From positions 3,348,001-3,412,000 of the forward strand of contig OZ374558.1 in the NCBI GenBank assembly GCA_977862235.1: a DNA stretch of 64,000 nt. The letters run 5' to 3'. Positions within the stretch are counted from its first letter, which is position 1; every line of letters starts with the position of its first letter. This document shows, one piece after another, positions 50,300 through 61,913 of the stretch. This DNA comes from Dudresnaya verticillata (Eukaryota). The notes under the pieces are model-generated. The model was not told where the DNA came from, searched no databases, and saw only the letters and a program-made list of their open reading frames with translations. The translations under genes were made by a program, and so were the position numbers.

Positions 50300-51300
50300 G
50301 CTAGTGCAAGTGAGTCAAGCAATGGAGCGTGGCAAGGCTTAGGACTGCGATGAGAACGAGGCACTGGCTCGCGCTTAGATGGCTGCGTCAAAACATCCCA
50401 TTCCTGGGACGGAGCAGACCGACTGGATGCATTCAGCGATACGCTGAATACCCGTGTCAAAACCGACACCAATACGTCCGTATACATCAATAACCATTGA
50501 ATGCAAATCCATGCCTAGGTTTCCACGTACACGCCGATAATGCGACAGCTTGACCCGTCCACGTTGGGCTATAGCTTGATCGGACTCTCTACCAGTGGTA
50601 TGGTGAAGAGAATGAGGACTGATAACGGAAGCATCAAAACCTTGTGGACAAGGGGCAAGGCTAGCGTCGTCGACATATAAATCCATGCGGAGATCTTCAC
50701 GTCGAGGAACAGACTCTCCAGAATGTAGACGAGCAATGTACTGATCATCGCTAGCACATTCGAGCAAAGTTCGATTAGATGCATGCACTGTGTTTCCAGC
50801 ACCATGTTCGTCAGCATATTCAAAATGGTGCTTAATAGCAACTGTAGCCCCATTCTGACGGGCAATATGCTTAAAGAATGAAGCTCACCGACCTCGAAGA
50901 AGATTATGACGGCGAATTGGTCCATCACAGGAGCATCAGATAGCATCATGATGACCATAGGTGTCAAGAATTGGCACAGGACAATTAGTCCAATCTGCAC
51001 AACGATGGTAGACGCCGTGGCCGAAAAAGATAGGGTGGCCCAGACGTAGCTTGGTCATTGTAATGGATAACGGATGAAGAGTAAGTAATGGAGGCATTGA
51101 ACGGACGACAGAGCTGCAGTTGCGGACTGTAGAAGTAGACGAGATAAAATAGAATCAGCAGAAAGAACAGTTGCTTCATTCTGCTTAACTATATGAGCCA
51201 GAATGGGAGCAAGCAAATTGGGCTGAAGAGAGCAAGCACAAATGTATTAACGGGATTCAAAGAATGATAAAAAGGAAGGAAGTCTGAACATAAATCCAGA
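50300..51300 (-). mobile_element. Degraded CRE-like non-LTR retrotransposon 3' portion (zinc knuckle + REL endonuclease)
   Basis: KLRLG...C...C...LDTYGHH...C....RRHN followed by LRMDLYVDD...FDASVISPHS...VKLSHY...MVIDVYGRIG; contains stops and frameshifts. Confidence 0.7.
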
Positions 51301-52356
51301 ACTATGGAAGGAGAGCCCGGAGACGCCATAGGGATCGTGAAGAACTCTATAAAGACTGTCATATATTTTTCATTTCAGTGCACATCCCTTAGCGTAGATA
51401 ATCAGTTGATAACATTACGTCACGCTGCATACACTGGAATAAACTCACATATTCGAATTGGACATTATCCGCACCGTTGCTGTTGAATCCCTTAGACGGT
51501 CGTCTAGAAACGGCTCTCAAGAAAGCCGCCTTAACTCGCATGATTGTAACAACTACGCGTCCGGAATGGCCCTCAAAAAAGCTGACGGATGGCGGAGCAA
51601 TTGTTCCAATAGTAGCAGAAGTTAACAGGTGTAGACATTGAAATAGGATTCCCTGGCTCTTTGAGCTCGACTTCCATTTGTTTCAAACGCGAAGGGTTCC
51701 ACCGTCTCCAGTCTGTAGCGTACGCTATATTGTAATAAAGTGCGCTCCACAACGACTACAGCTGCACTCTTATAGAAGAGTGCCACGAGAGTTACAGTCA
51801 CACAAGTAAAGTGTGCCAGGTCACAGTTATAGCGCACATACAGTTACAGCGCACACACATTCTCCTTCACGTTAGTATTTTGTTGCAGCGAACAGCGTAG
51901 ATATAAATTCGTCTGTTCGAACATCCACAACAAGATGCTTCTTCAGCATGGTCGCCATCAAGGATGGGATACTATATATGCAAGCAACATTTTCGCACAA
52001 TGTCGGATAATATCCCTGTGGCGACTGGAGACTTGATCCATCCATATACCACTGTCAAACCGCTTAGTATATGTGAGGTCAACAACGAACCCATCAATTC
52101 TTCCCCATGCTTCTCTGGGCGCTGAAGATCCTTTCATTGAGAAACCAGGCATTTAGAGCATCCCAATATGTCTTGCAACCATCCCAAATTCTTCCCTTAA
52201 CGACTCCAATCTAGCGCTTGACATTCCGACGCTGGTATCGAATGGAGTTGTACAATCCGTTCTGTTCCCGGAGAATCCTCTGGAGATGCCCAATGTCCTC
52301 TTCGATCCTCTTGGTTTTCGTGGCAGATGATCGCTCCTGGACCACCTGCCACGAAT

Positions 52357-52986
52357 TCAAGCTCTGCTCTGCTTGTTACCTCTTGTGTTTGCGTTCGCCT
52401 CCCCATCGCAGACAACCTTGCACTTCTCTTGGTAGGCCTTCAGCTCCCCTTTGATAACGTCCCGGCGTTGGGACACAGCGTTGAAGCATTTCTTACTGAT
52501 GTCGCGGACCTGCCTTTGCGCTTCGGTGTTGTAGGCTGGACGGCTGGAAAGTCCCTTGAACAACTCTTCCAACTTGCACGCGTCGTCTCGAATCATGGAC
52601 CACAGAGTTTCGCTGCTGGTCTTTGCGAAACGCACAACGGGCTTGCGGGGGAGAGGATCAGGCACCGGAAGTCGTGTCTTGGGTAGATGGAAGCCCACAA
52701 GTTTGTAGGCCTCTCTACAAGAGCAACGCTTTTGCTGAAGTTTGCCGCTCTCAGTACTGGTCGCACTATCCTTCTGGGCACGTGATGCGTTAGAAGGGTC
52801 AAGCGAAGCGGGCACCCGTTCTGTGGACTCCGTTTGGCCTGAACAGACCTTGCTCGATGCCCTTTTGTCGAGATACGAGGTCTCCTTCTTGGGCTTGGCG
52901 GAACGGCGTTGCTGAGGCATTGGTCCAGGCCCGGTGATCGCAGTTGTTTGCGGGTGACCAGGGCCGGCCTTTGCAGGGGAGTTCAT
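52357..52986 (-). CDS. Hypothetical protein (about 209 aa; disordered N-terminus, helical C-terminus)
   Basis: Open frame from MNSPAK; no recognised domain. Confidence 0.3.
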   Translation of the reverse strand: MNSPAKAGPGHPQTTAITGPGPMPQQRRSAKPKKETSYLDKRASSKVCSGQTESTERVPASLDPSNASRAQKDSATSTESGKLQQKRCSCREAYKLVGFHLPKTRLPVPDPLPRKPVVRFAKTSSETLWSMIRDDACKLEELFKGLSSRPAYNTEAQRQVRDISKKCFNAVSQRRDVIKGELKAYQEKCKVVCDGEANANTRGNKQSRA

Positions 52987-53201
52987 CTTGTCGGCGGTGG
53001 TGGGGTTGCAGGCTCGGAACAGTTTGGGACCGATGGGTTGACACGTCAACTGACGTGCGATTCGAGCGGAGGCTGCGTGGAAAGGGAGAGGAGGTCTGTG
53101 AGAGAGAAAACCGTGGGCGGGTGTAGCAGGTTGGTGTAGCAGGGGTGCGGCAACGCGGATGGGCGGAAAGGCCCATAAATGTGTTAAGAGACTTTCCCAG
53201 C

Positions 53202-53657
53202 ATGCGGGTGTTTCGTCAACACTGGAAGCGGCCGAATTTGTTCACCCGCGACCCTCTTCGCCTGGACATCTACGTGGACGATCGCAGATTTGCCCCTAAA
53301 GCACAAGCGTTCGATGCCTCTGTCTTGAGTCCCCATTCATTGCCGGGCAGAACCGGTCGCGTTGCTGATCAGGCCATCCTTGCCCGCGAGAGGGCGAAAC
53401 GTATCAATTACCGCGCTGTTTGTGATCAATATGACATCGAGCTGCACCCGATGGTCATTGATATATATGGACGCACCGGTGCTGGCTTCGACATCGGCGC
53501 TCAAGTCTTCGCCAACTTTCTTGACGAAAAGAAAGGCACTTGCCCGCTTGCTGAGAAACATGCTCTCTTGAATCGTCTTGTCTCCTTTGTTACGCAGTTT
53601 GTCGCCGTCAGCGTCAATCGTCGCCGCTTGACTCCTGCAGATTTGCCTCCTATGTAG
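53202..53657 (+). mobile_element. CRE-like non-LTR retrotransposon 3' fragment with an uninterrupted REL-endonuclease coding region
   Basis: LRLDIYVDD...FDASVLSP...RERAKRINY...PMVIDIYGRTG...SVNRRRL; homologous to the fragments at 15.6, 19.3 and 50.5 kb. Confidence 0.7.
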
Positions 53658-54339
53658 TGCTTACGAGTATCCAGTAGGGATGCTCTAGCTTTATGCTTTC
53701 GTAAAGTGACGTTTACCCCCAGTTTCCACGGCAAACTTTTCGCGCCAGTTTCTGATGCTCTGCAAACGTCAAGTCATCCTATACCCTGGCCTGACATAGC
53801 CGTAAAAATGCCGTTTGCCCACGATCCAGCCTTCTGGTCCACGAGGCAAAGGGCAAAACCCGACATCCAACACAAGCTACCCGCAGGACTGCGGAAACTC
53901 GCGCGCTCGCGCAAGCTCACTGCCGTCTGCCTGCCGGCACACACAGCAAACATTCAACGCAACGCTATCCGTATGCTCCCCCTATCGACACTCCAGGAAT
54001 ACCCCTGCTACCCCTCACGCTATGCCAACATTTGCGCCTCCATCTAAGCCGAATGTAGCGAGTTTCGGAGTCGCAGCGTCGCGTCAGGAAAAAGAGCTCG
54101 AGCCTCCCGCTCGGAGACTCGAACCTGCGACCTTTCAACCTGTGCTGGGCTACTCCAACGGCTCACAGACGAGTAGACCAGATAGGTTCTAGTACGCTCT
54201 CTCCTTCGCTCGCAGAGCGGAAGGATGCGCTTATAGCGCAGGGCGTTACAATGGTAAACATCCCTGGCAGGCCCGCGAAGCGCACCCATATCCCCCACGT
54301 ATACCCTGCCTTCCGCCCTCCGACTTGCCGATCATCGCG

Positions 54340-54745
54340 ACCGGAAGCTCGGAGTGAGGTGGCATTTACGAACCTTCCCAATCGCCCGCCCCCTCCCCTC
54401 TCCATGCCCAGCGAAGCGTGCAATCTTGAGCGAGCATGCCGCCCACCTCCAACCCTCTCAACAACGGACTATGCAGATGAGGCCGTTGCAAAGATCTCCG
54501 GGTTACACTGGGGTACTCAACACACGAAGTGCACCGACTCTGTTCCCAGGGAACAGCCATCGCCGACATGTACTCTACCATCCGAAGGTCCCACTGTGCC
54601 CACCCCCCTCCCGCCCCACACGCCACGGTGCCTGGCATGCTGAATTCTGAGTTACCCGAGCCCTCTTATGACTCCTCCGTATACCTGAAAATAGGCCCCT
54701 GTTGCCCGCTTAGGACCGCTTTAAACAACCAATAAAGAACAACCG
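54340..54745. repeat. Old dispersed repeat copy (see 12700-13090)
   Basis: Visual alignment; ends aataggcccctgttgcccgcttaggaccgctttaaacaaccaataaagaacaac. Confidence 0.55.
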
Positions 54746-56029
54746 AGCAGCTTTACCCGTCCCCGTTGGTGGAGGCGGGGAACAGTACAAAAAGCATACC
54801 TGACTCCCAGACAAAGTCTAAAAGGGTACCAGGGGTACCACGGTTCGCAATCCAGGTCTACCATGCGGGAACTGCTGGCCAGTTGGACTTGTAAACAAGG
54901 TCTAAGGCAATTCAGAAGAAAATATGTCCTGTGACAGTGACGCAACGTACATGCGATTTCATAGAACCCGACAGCAAAACGGAACGGCTGGGGAACGGGA
55001 GAAAGTTGTGGCTGACGCGTGTCGCCGTCCATGAAGCTATGAAATGTTTTGCGTAGAACAGGAGGGACTATGAAGCCTTACTCAAGGAGTGAACCCAGTA
55101 ACGCCCTTAAACGCCCTAGGGAGCTTAAAGGTTTTGGAGCACTGCTATGGTCTGCAGGCTTGCGCCGGTTGACCGAAATAGCCACACATTGCAAGGCAAG
55201 GGAGGTGAAACGAGCAAGAAGATGGGGCTTTTGTTGCCTTCATTTGGCGATAAGGTCGAGTCCGTCGGCGGCGTAATGGGTCCAAGTTTGGGGGAAGCGC
55301 GGCTTGTTAGGTCTGGCTGAGTGGGAGAGTAGAAGCTTCCAGGATTTTAGTAGAAGCTTCGGGAGCTCATACATGATTTTCTTGGCCTCATGGCGATTGT
55401 TGGCATTTCTAAGTCGCTGGATGTATGTCGGTAGTGTATTGCCGTAGACACGTGTAGCGACGCGCTGTGTCGCGCTATGTGATTGTATCGGGGGTTAGCA
55501 AGGAGCAGTTTTGTGATTCTGCAGCTTCGTTTCTCGGGGACATGGTCGAGCTGCGATTCACAGCTCGAGGTGGGCTGTGGTTGGCGCTGCGGGAGTTTTA
55601 CCAGGAAAGGAGCGTGATCTCTAGCCCTGTCCCATTCTCCCACTGGAACAAACGGGTTGAGGGGTCCCGAGGCATTGTACAGGCAGAAATCAATGGTGCT
55701 CATACCTCCACTTCCGTTGGAGCAGAAGAAAGTCGGTTGCGGCGGTGCGTGGGCGGTAAAGGGGTTTCGGGAGCACCACTTAGTTTACCATCACTTAGAT
55801 ATTGCCACTCTTTTCTCATTTCTCCGTGTGCACCATGCCGTACTGCGTGCTTTGAGGTCACCAATGATGAGTGTAAGTCCACGCGATCTCGCTTTTACAG
55901 TGTCAAGAATGGTTCTGATGTCTTCTTTTCCGGCCCTGGGGCTGATGTAGGCAGCGACTATGTCACCGACATCGGGGACTTCGAGGCATGGTAGTTGGTA
56001 AAGCGCAGGATGATGCGGTGGCTGGGGTA

Positions 56030-56243
56030 TGTTCAGAGTTGAGAAGTTGGGTTGGTTGTTTTCTTGTGTCTACCTCTATTCACTTCAATGTGCGAGGTAA
56101 CTTATATTACTCGTGGGTAGCCAAACTCTCTAAAGCTTCAATACAAGGGTAACTCCTACATTTGGTTACCTCCGAATTTGGTGAAGGCCAAATTCGTGTG
56201 TATCTCGATTGAGGACGCACTGCAGTTGTTACTGCTTTTGACG
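56030..56243 (-). repeat. 3' LTR of copia element
   Basis: TG...CG (terminal CA mutated); near-identical to 60514-60731. Confidence 0.95.
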
Positions 56244-56256
56244 CTCCCCCTCGTCC

Positions 56257-59200
56257 TCAAGCGTCTGTTTCGCGTAGGCCCATGCCTTGGACAAAGTGGG
56301 TGTGCTTCTTCGCGTTGAGAGACTTTGTCATGATGTCGGCAACCATCTTGTTCGTAGGCATGTACAGCAGCTTGATGGTTCCATTGCGAACATGGTCTCG
56401 AAGAAGATGATACTTGACATCGATGTGCTTGGAGCGGTCGTTGCATACATCGTTCTTCGCCAGCTCTAAGGCTCCCTGATTGTCGCCCCGAATTAGCACG
56501 TCAATGCTACTAGACGAAGTGCAGTTAAACTCGGCAAGCATCCGGCGTAGCCAGATGGCTTCTCGAACTGCGTAGGACAGGGAGATATACTCAGCCTCTA
56601 CTGTAGACTGTGCTACCACATCCTGTTTCTTACATCGCCAAGAGATAGCTCCACCAGAAAAGAGATAAACCAAGCCACTCACTGATCTGCGCTCGATGCG
56701 GTCAGCTGCGAAATCGGAGTCAGTTTAGCCCAGGAGCGTTGTTTCCTGTTTAGCGGTGCGATGATACACAATGCCTAGGTCCCTTGTCTTCTTCAGATAG
56801 CGCAACACCTGTTTGGCCGCTTTCCAATGCATCACCAGGGGATGCTGCATAAACCGGGCAAGGAAGGAGGTGGCGAAAGCGATGTCGAGGCGGGTCGTGT
56901 TGGCCAAGTGAAGTAGTGCGCCGACTAGTTCGCGGTATGGCACGAACTGCATGCGCCGGTACTCCCCCTCGTCCCGAGACTGTAGTAGAGGTGGAGAATC
57001 TAAGACCATCCCCGGAGGGATCGGGACGTCTGCTGTACGGCACTGTGACATTCCAAACTTCTCGGTGAGCTGATCAATCATCAGGGCACTGTGGATCTTC
57101 AACGTGCTGAGCTGGAGATTTCGTTCGATGATGATTCCCAGGAACTTCGATACATCATCTTCGACTCGAATTGATACATGTGCGGCGATGCGGTTGGCGA
57201 CTGTGGTAAGATCGCGGCGAGATGGACCAGCAAGCAGCATGTCATCGACGTAGACAAGCAGGTAAATCGTTTTGTTGCGAATGTGGAGGATGTAGAGAGT
57301 GGAATAGGATTTCGATTTGGTAAACCCCAAAGAGGTAAAAAGCCTATCCGCGACGCGATGCCAGGCCCGGGATGCTTGTTTCAAACCATACAGGGCCTTG
57401 AGCAGACGATAGACCCACTTAGATCTTGAAGGGTCTACAAATCCTTCTGGTTGCTCCATGTAGATGGTTTCATCGAGTTCGCCGTTCAGGAAGGCTGCCT
57501 TGACATCCAACTGCAGAAGAGCCAACTCCTCATCAGTTGAGAGAGCCAGGATGAAGCGCAGCGTGGAGTACCTTGCAACAGGATCGAAAGTCTCGTTGTA
57601 GTCAATGCCGTGTTTTTGCGTAAAGCCTTTCGCCACGAGACGCGCCCGACGACGAGTGAGAAGACCTGCAGCATCGAACTTGTTCATGTAGACCCACTTG
57701 TTCTTGACTGGCTGGATTCTGGATGGTCGTGCTTCGAGAACCCAAGTTCCATTTTGGTTGAGCTCATCGATCTCGTTCTGCATGGTATCTTGCCACTCAG
57801 GTGCGTGAGGTCCCTTGACAGCCTCACTGTATGTCGTTGGCACAGTACTGTCATCATTTCCGAGGCGGACGTTTAGAGCGATGGCGGTGAGGTCCGTGTA
57901 GCGCGTAGGCGGCTTCGAGATGCGACCGGAGCGCGTGGCATTGGGAAAATGGGTGACATCGTCCGGATTGTGTGCGGGAGATGGATTATCCTGCGCATCG
58001 TGGAAATTGTCTCCGTCGTCGCCCGAAGAATCGTCAGAGTCGCTGTCAGAATCGGTTTCATCACTGGAATCGTCATCCGTTGTCTCGACGGCGCTGTCGT
58101 CTTCACTGTCAAGGAGAGAAGGGCAGTCATCATCATCCTCATCCACGTTGAAGGAAACGTTAGAGGGTCGTCCAGACTTGAAGGTAGCGGCACGATCAGA
58201 GCGAGACTGACAATAGCGTTGTGTTTCATCGAAAGTATCTCGGGAGGTGATTACTTTGTTCTCAGTCGGAATGTAGACCTTGTAGCTGTTCCCGCTATCA
58301 TAGCCGACCAGAAATCCCTTCTTTGCACGCGCAACGAACTTTCCAGAGCGCCGTGGCTTTGGGACGTGCACGTAGGAGACCGCGCCGAAAGCGCGAAAGT
58401 GAGAAATATCAGGACGCTTTCCAATAATGACTTCGTACGGCGTCTTGTCAGGGTCGTTGCAAGAAGTCGTGAAGAGCCGGTTGCGGATGTAGTTCGCGGT
58501 GTGCATGGCTTCAGCCCATAAACGGTCATGACACTTGAGATGGGAAACCTCCTGTAAGAGTGTACGTGCCATGTCCATGAGGGTGCGGTTGAGGCGTTCA
58601 GCCTTTCCATTAGATTCCGGGGAGTACGGAGCACTGCGTTCATGGATGATACCTTTGTCGGCGAGCCATTTTTTGAAGGATCCGGAGAGGAATTCTTTAC
58701 CGTTGTCTGTGCGAAGACGGCGGACGGTAATGCGCTTGACATTGCCACGGAAGATTGTCTCCAGTTCGAGAATCATGTGCTTGATGCATTCGGCAGCCGG
58801 CTTCTTTGATTTCATGAAGCGAACGAGAGACAGCGCGCTAGCGTCATCATACAATGGGATACAGTAGCGAGACCCGTTGAGGGAAGGGTCTCTCACGGGT
58901 CCGATGATATCTGCGTGGACAAGGTCTAGGGGTTTTAAATTGTCAGAGCGCGAGGGCGGGCGGGAGTCGCGAGTGGACTTACCGGTCTGGCATGGTTCGC
59001 AGATAGAAATCTTGGTACAATGCTTGAGCGAGATGCCGTTGACGATGCGGATAGTCTTTTCAATGGTCCCTTTGCTCGCATGTCCAAGACGGGCATGCCA
59101 GAGGTCTTGTTCTTCTTCCTTTGTGAGTAGAGCGAGGTCTTCAGGCAGCATGTCGATTTCATAAAGCCCGTCAGACCGCTCGGTTCCTTTGAGGAAGATT

Positions 59201-60437
59201 CCTGAAGTGCCAGCACGGGAAACGACACAGATTCCGTTTCCCTGGTTATCAGTGTCAAAGTGGATTCTGAAACCGGCACGGCGGAGCTTGCTCACAGAGA
59301 TGAGGTTGCACATGAGATCAGGGATGAAAAGTGTGTCCTGCATACGAACGGACTGGGTCATGCCATCAAACTTCGCACGACCTCGAACTGTGCCTACACC
59401 TTTGACTTGAGTCTGGGTTCCATCTCCGACGGAAACCGAGGTGTCTGTTCCATTTGAGCTTAGATCTTTGAAGAACGTTTCGTTGTTGCACATGTTTGAA
59501 GTGGCCCCGGAATCGAGGAACCACTTGTCCTTAAGCTTTAGCGCAGAGCCGGATCGAGAGGTGAGGCATGTAGCAATAAAGGTGATGTAACTCAAGCCTA
59601 CGTCTTCAGAGGTGTCGTCCTTGTCGCTTCGTTTGTCACGAGATCTTCCATAACTCCTTGAATGCGAACCAAGGGTTCGACGAGTGCTATACGTGTCGTG
59701 GTTACCCCGATGGGTGGGGTTGGGGCGATACCTCGGACTCTCGGGGTTGTGGAAACATTCCGACTTGATATGCCCCTTTCGACCGCAGTGGGTACATTTC
59801 TTGGCATGTTGAGCAGAAAGGGCGGTGGAGTCTTCCGCGGAGGACATATCGGTGTCACGAGGCGGCAATGACATCTCGTGAGTGACAAGCATGCCAATTG
59901 CAACTTGACAGTCGTGTTTCATGGCACGGATGACTTGCACAGGAACACTGTAGTCCTCGGTCAAGCCGCGAAGCAGGGCTCGCTTCTTGTCGCTTTCGGA
60001 AACAGTGTGTCCGACACCGGACAATTGCTCTCGAGTTCCCGAAGGCGGTTGACATACTGGGCGAGTTTCTCGTCGGTCCTCATCTTGAGAACCTGGTACT
60101 GCTCGAGGTATGTGTCGATTGACGCTTCGGAGATAGCCTGGTAGGTAGTCTGTAGTTGTGTCCAGACTTCGGTCGGGTCTCGGAGGTCAATGACGGCAGC
60201 ATTACAGGAATCATCAATAGTGAGGAGAATGTTGCTCAACGCCGAATCGCGCCGGCGGAGGTACTTGGCCTGCTCGATAGGGTCTTCGGGTGTGAGTTCA
60301 GATCCACTGACGATTTTCCAAAGACCTTTGCCGCGGAGAACCAGTTCGACCTTGCGGGACCAGCGGTAGTAGTTGGTAGAGTTAAGACAATCAATGTGAT
60401 AGCGACTGGTATCCACGCTGTCTAGGGGCTCCGTCAT
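56257..60437 (-). pseudogene. Copia gag-pol polyprotein with a frameshift at ~60025 and an in-frame stop at 56725-56727
   Basis: CTHCGRKGHIKSEC knuckle; DSGAT protease; WHARLGH..CEPC; integrase D..DNGKEF..E; RT LDVKAAF/YVDD; LLG*TDSDFA; RNase H STVEAEY, DNQGA, KHIDVKYH, ADIMTK. Confidence 0.93.
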
Positions 60438-60513
60438 CGTGGTACTGGCGGTCGGTAGCACAGAGGAGACAATTCAGCGTAGCACAGTAGCTTTTAGTTC
60501 TGGGCCCATAACC

Positions 60514-60731
60514 TGTTGAGAGTTGAGAAGTTGGTTTGGTTGTTTTCTTGTGTCTACCTCTATTCACTTCAATGTGCGAGGTAACGTATACTACTCGTGG
60601 GTAGCCAAACTCTCTAAAGCTTCAATACTACAAAGAGTAACTCCTACATTTGGTTACCTCCGAATTTGGTGAAGGCCAAATTCGTGTGTATCTCGATTGA
60701 GGACGCACTGCAGTTGTTACTGCTTTTGACA
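60514..60731 (-). repeat. 5' LTR of copia element
   Basis: TG...CA; adjacent to the PBS. Confidence 0.95.
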
Positions 60732-61913
60732 GGGTAAGATGGAATGTCGAACAGATGCTTTGAGTTGTGGCCGGCTGACCATTGCAATACCTCCGAGCCA
60801 TGGACCGTTGGTCCCAGCACGCGTTGCCGGAATTGTGAAGGAGGGGTGGGGCAGGTTATGATGTTATGATGGAGGTGTGTGTGTTTCGCTGAGTAGTAGG
60901 ACTTGAGGTTGGGCGGTGGTCAGGAGCTCAGTGGTTCAATGCAGTGGGTAGGAAACATTCACAGCACGGCTACGCAAATATTTTCTGCATTATTGCTTTA
61001 TAGGTGGAATGCCCCTGTCACGACGAGGTCCTCCTATCCTTGGAGGATTCTCTTGTTATACTGCACAATCCTGCGGCTTTTATCAAGCTATTCGTGCCTC
61101 TGCGTATTTCTCTGTGCATTTGCGTACTACTGATATTCATTGTATCTTGATCTATTTGTAATAGAGAACCCGTATTTTTTCTAATGTGCTTTTTAGAGCC
61201 TCTGCTGATAGTGGGCTAGTTTACATATGGCTGCGGTTTACGCAGGTTTACACAGAACAAGAACAAATTCTCTACAAGTACCACAGGCTAGAGCAAACGA
61301 ACCGACTCTAGAAAGAAAGTCGGACGGACAAACCCCACAGCCAGCACTGCCATATTCTCTGCCTACTCAACTCAACCTGCCACCCCTCGCCCAGTAAGGC
61401 GTCAGCTGGTCGGGCAAAGGACATGGTGGCGGACCACCAAGCAAGAATCCCTTTAATCGAAAGATTTAGAGTTCCACCAAGAACACACTATTGATTGCAA
61501 TGTGTGCAAGGCAAAGGGGTCAATAACAGGCCTGCTTGGATGCAGTGGGATTTTGTCTCTCTTGCGCTCTTTCTCTCTCTCCCTCCGTATCCCAGCAGAT
61601 TCAAAAGGTGATAGGAGTACGAGACTACGAAAATCTTCAGCATAAAGAGAAACATAACTCGATTTTCATAATTGGGGCTGTTAGCGCAGCGAGTTGGGTA
61701 CTGAAACTTCCCGATCCTGCACAAAGATAAACAAGGGGTTTTATAGCTAGTTCTTATTGAAACGAATTGGGTACAGAATCTTCACTATCTTTTTCTCCGG
61801 TCCATGTTGATGAGTACGTTTGTATGCGTTTATAGAGACGACTAACTGACGGGAACCTTGCTATAAGAGATGGGAGTGGATATTAGCAGCTCTAGATTGT
61901 TCAACACAATATC

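Larger units (their letters stand above)
56030..60731 (-). mobile_element. Full-length Ty1/copia LTR retrotransposon
   Basis: LTRs 56030-56243 and 60514-60731; 5-bp TSD GGGTA (56025-29 and 60732-36); PBS GGTTATGGGCCCA; PPT GAGGGGGAG; domain order gag-PR-INT-RT-RH. Confidence 0.97.

Noticed and set aside
54100..54170. tRNA-like sequence (GGTTCGAGTC on the minus strand)
   Set aside because: No convincing acceptor, D or anticodon stems; at most a SINE or pseudo-tRNA remnant.
54750..56024. Possible degraded reverse-transcriptase region hosting the copia insertion
   Set aside because: Only faint motif hints; cannot be supported without a translated search.
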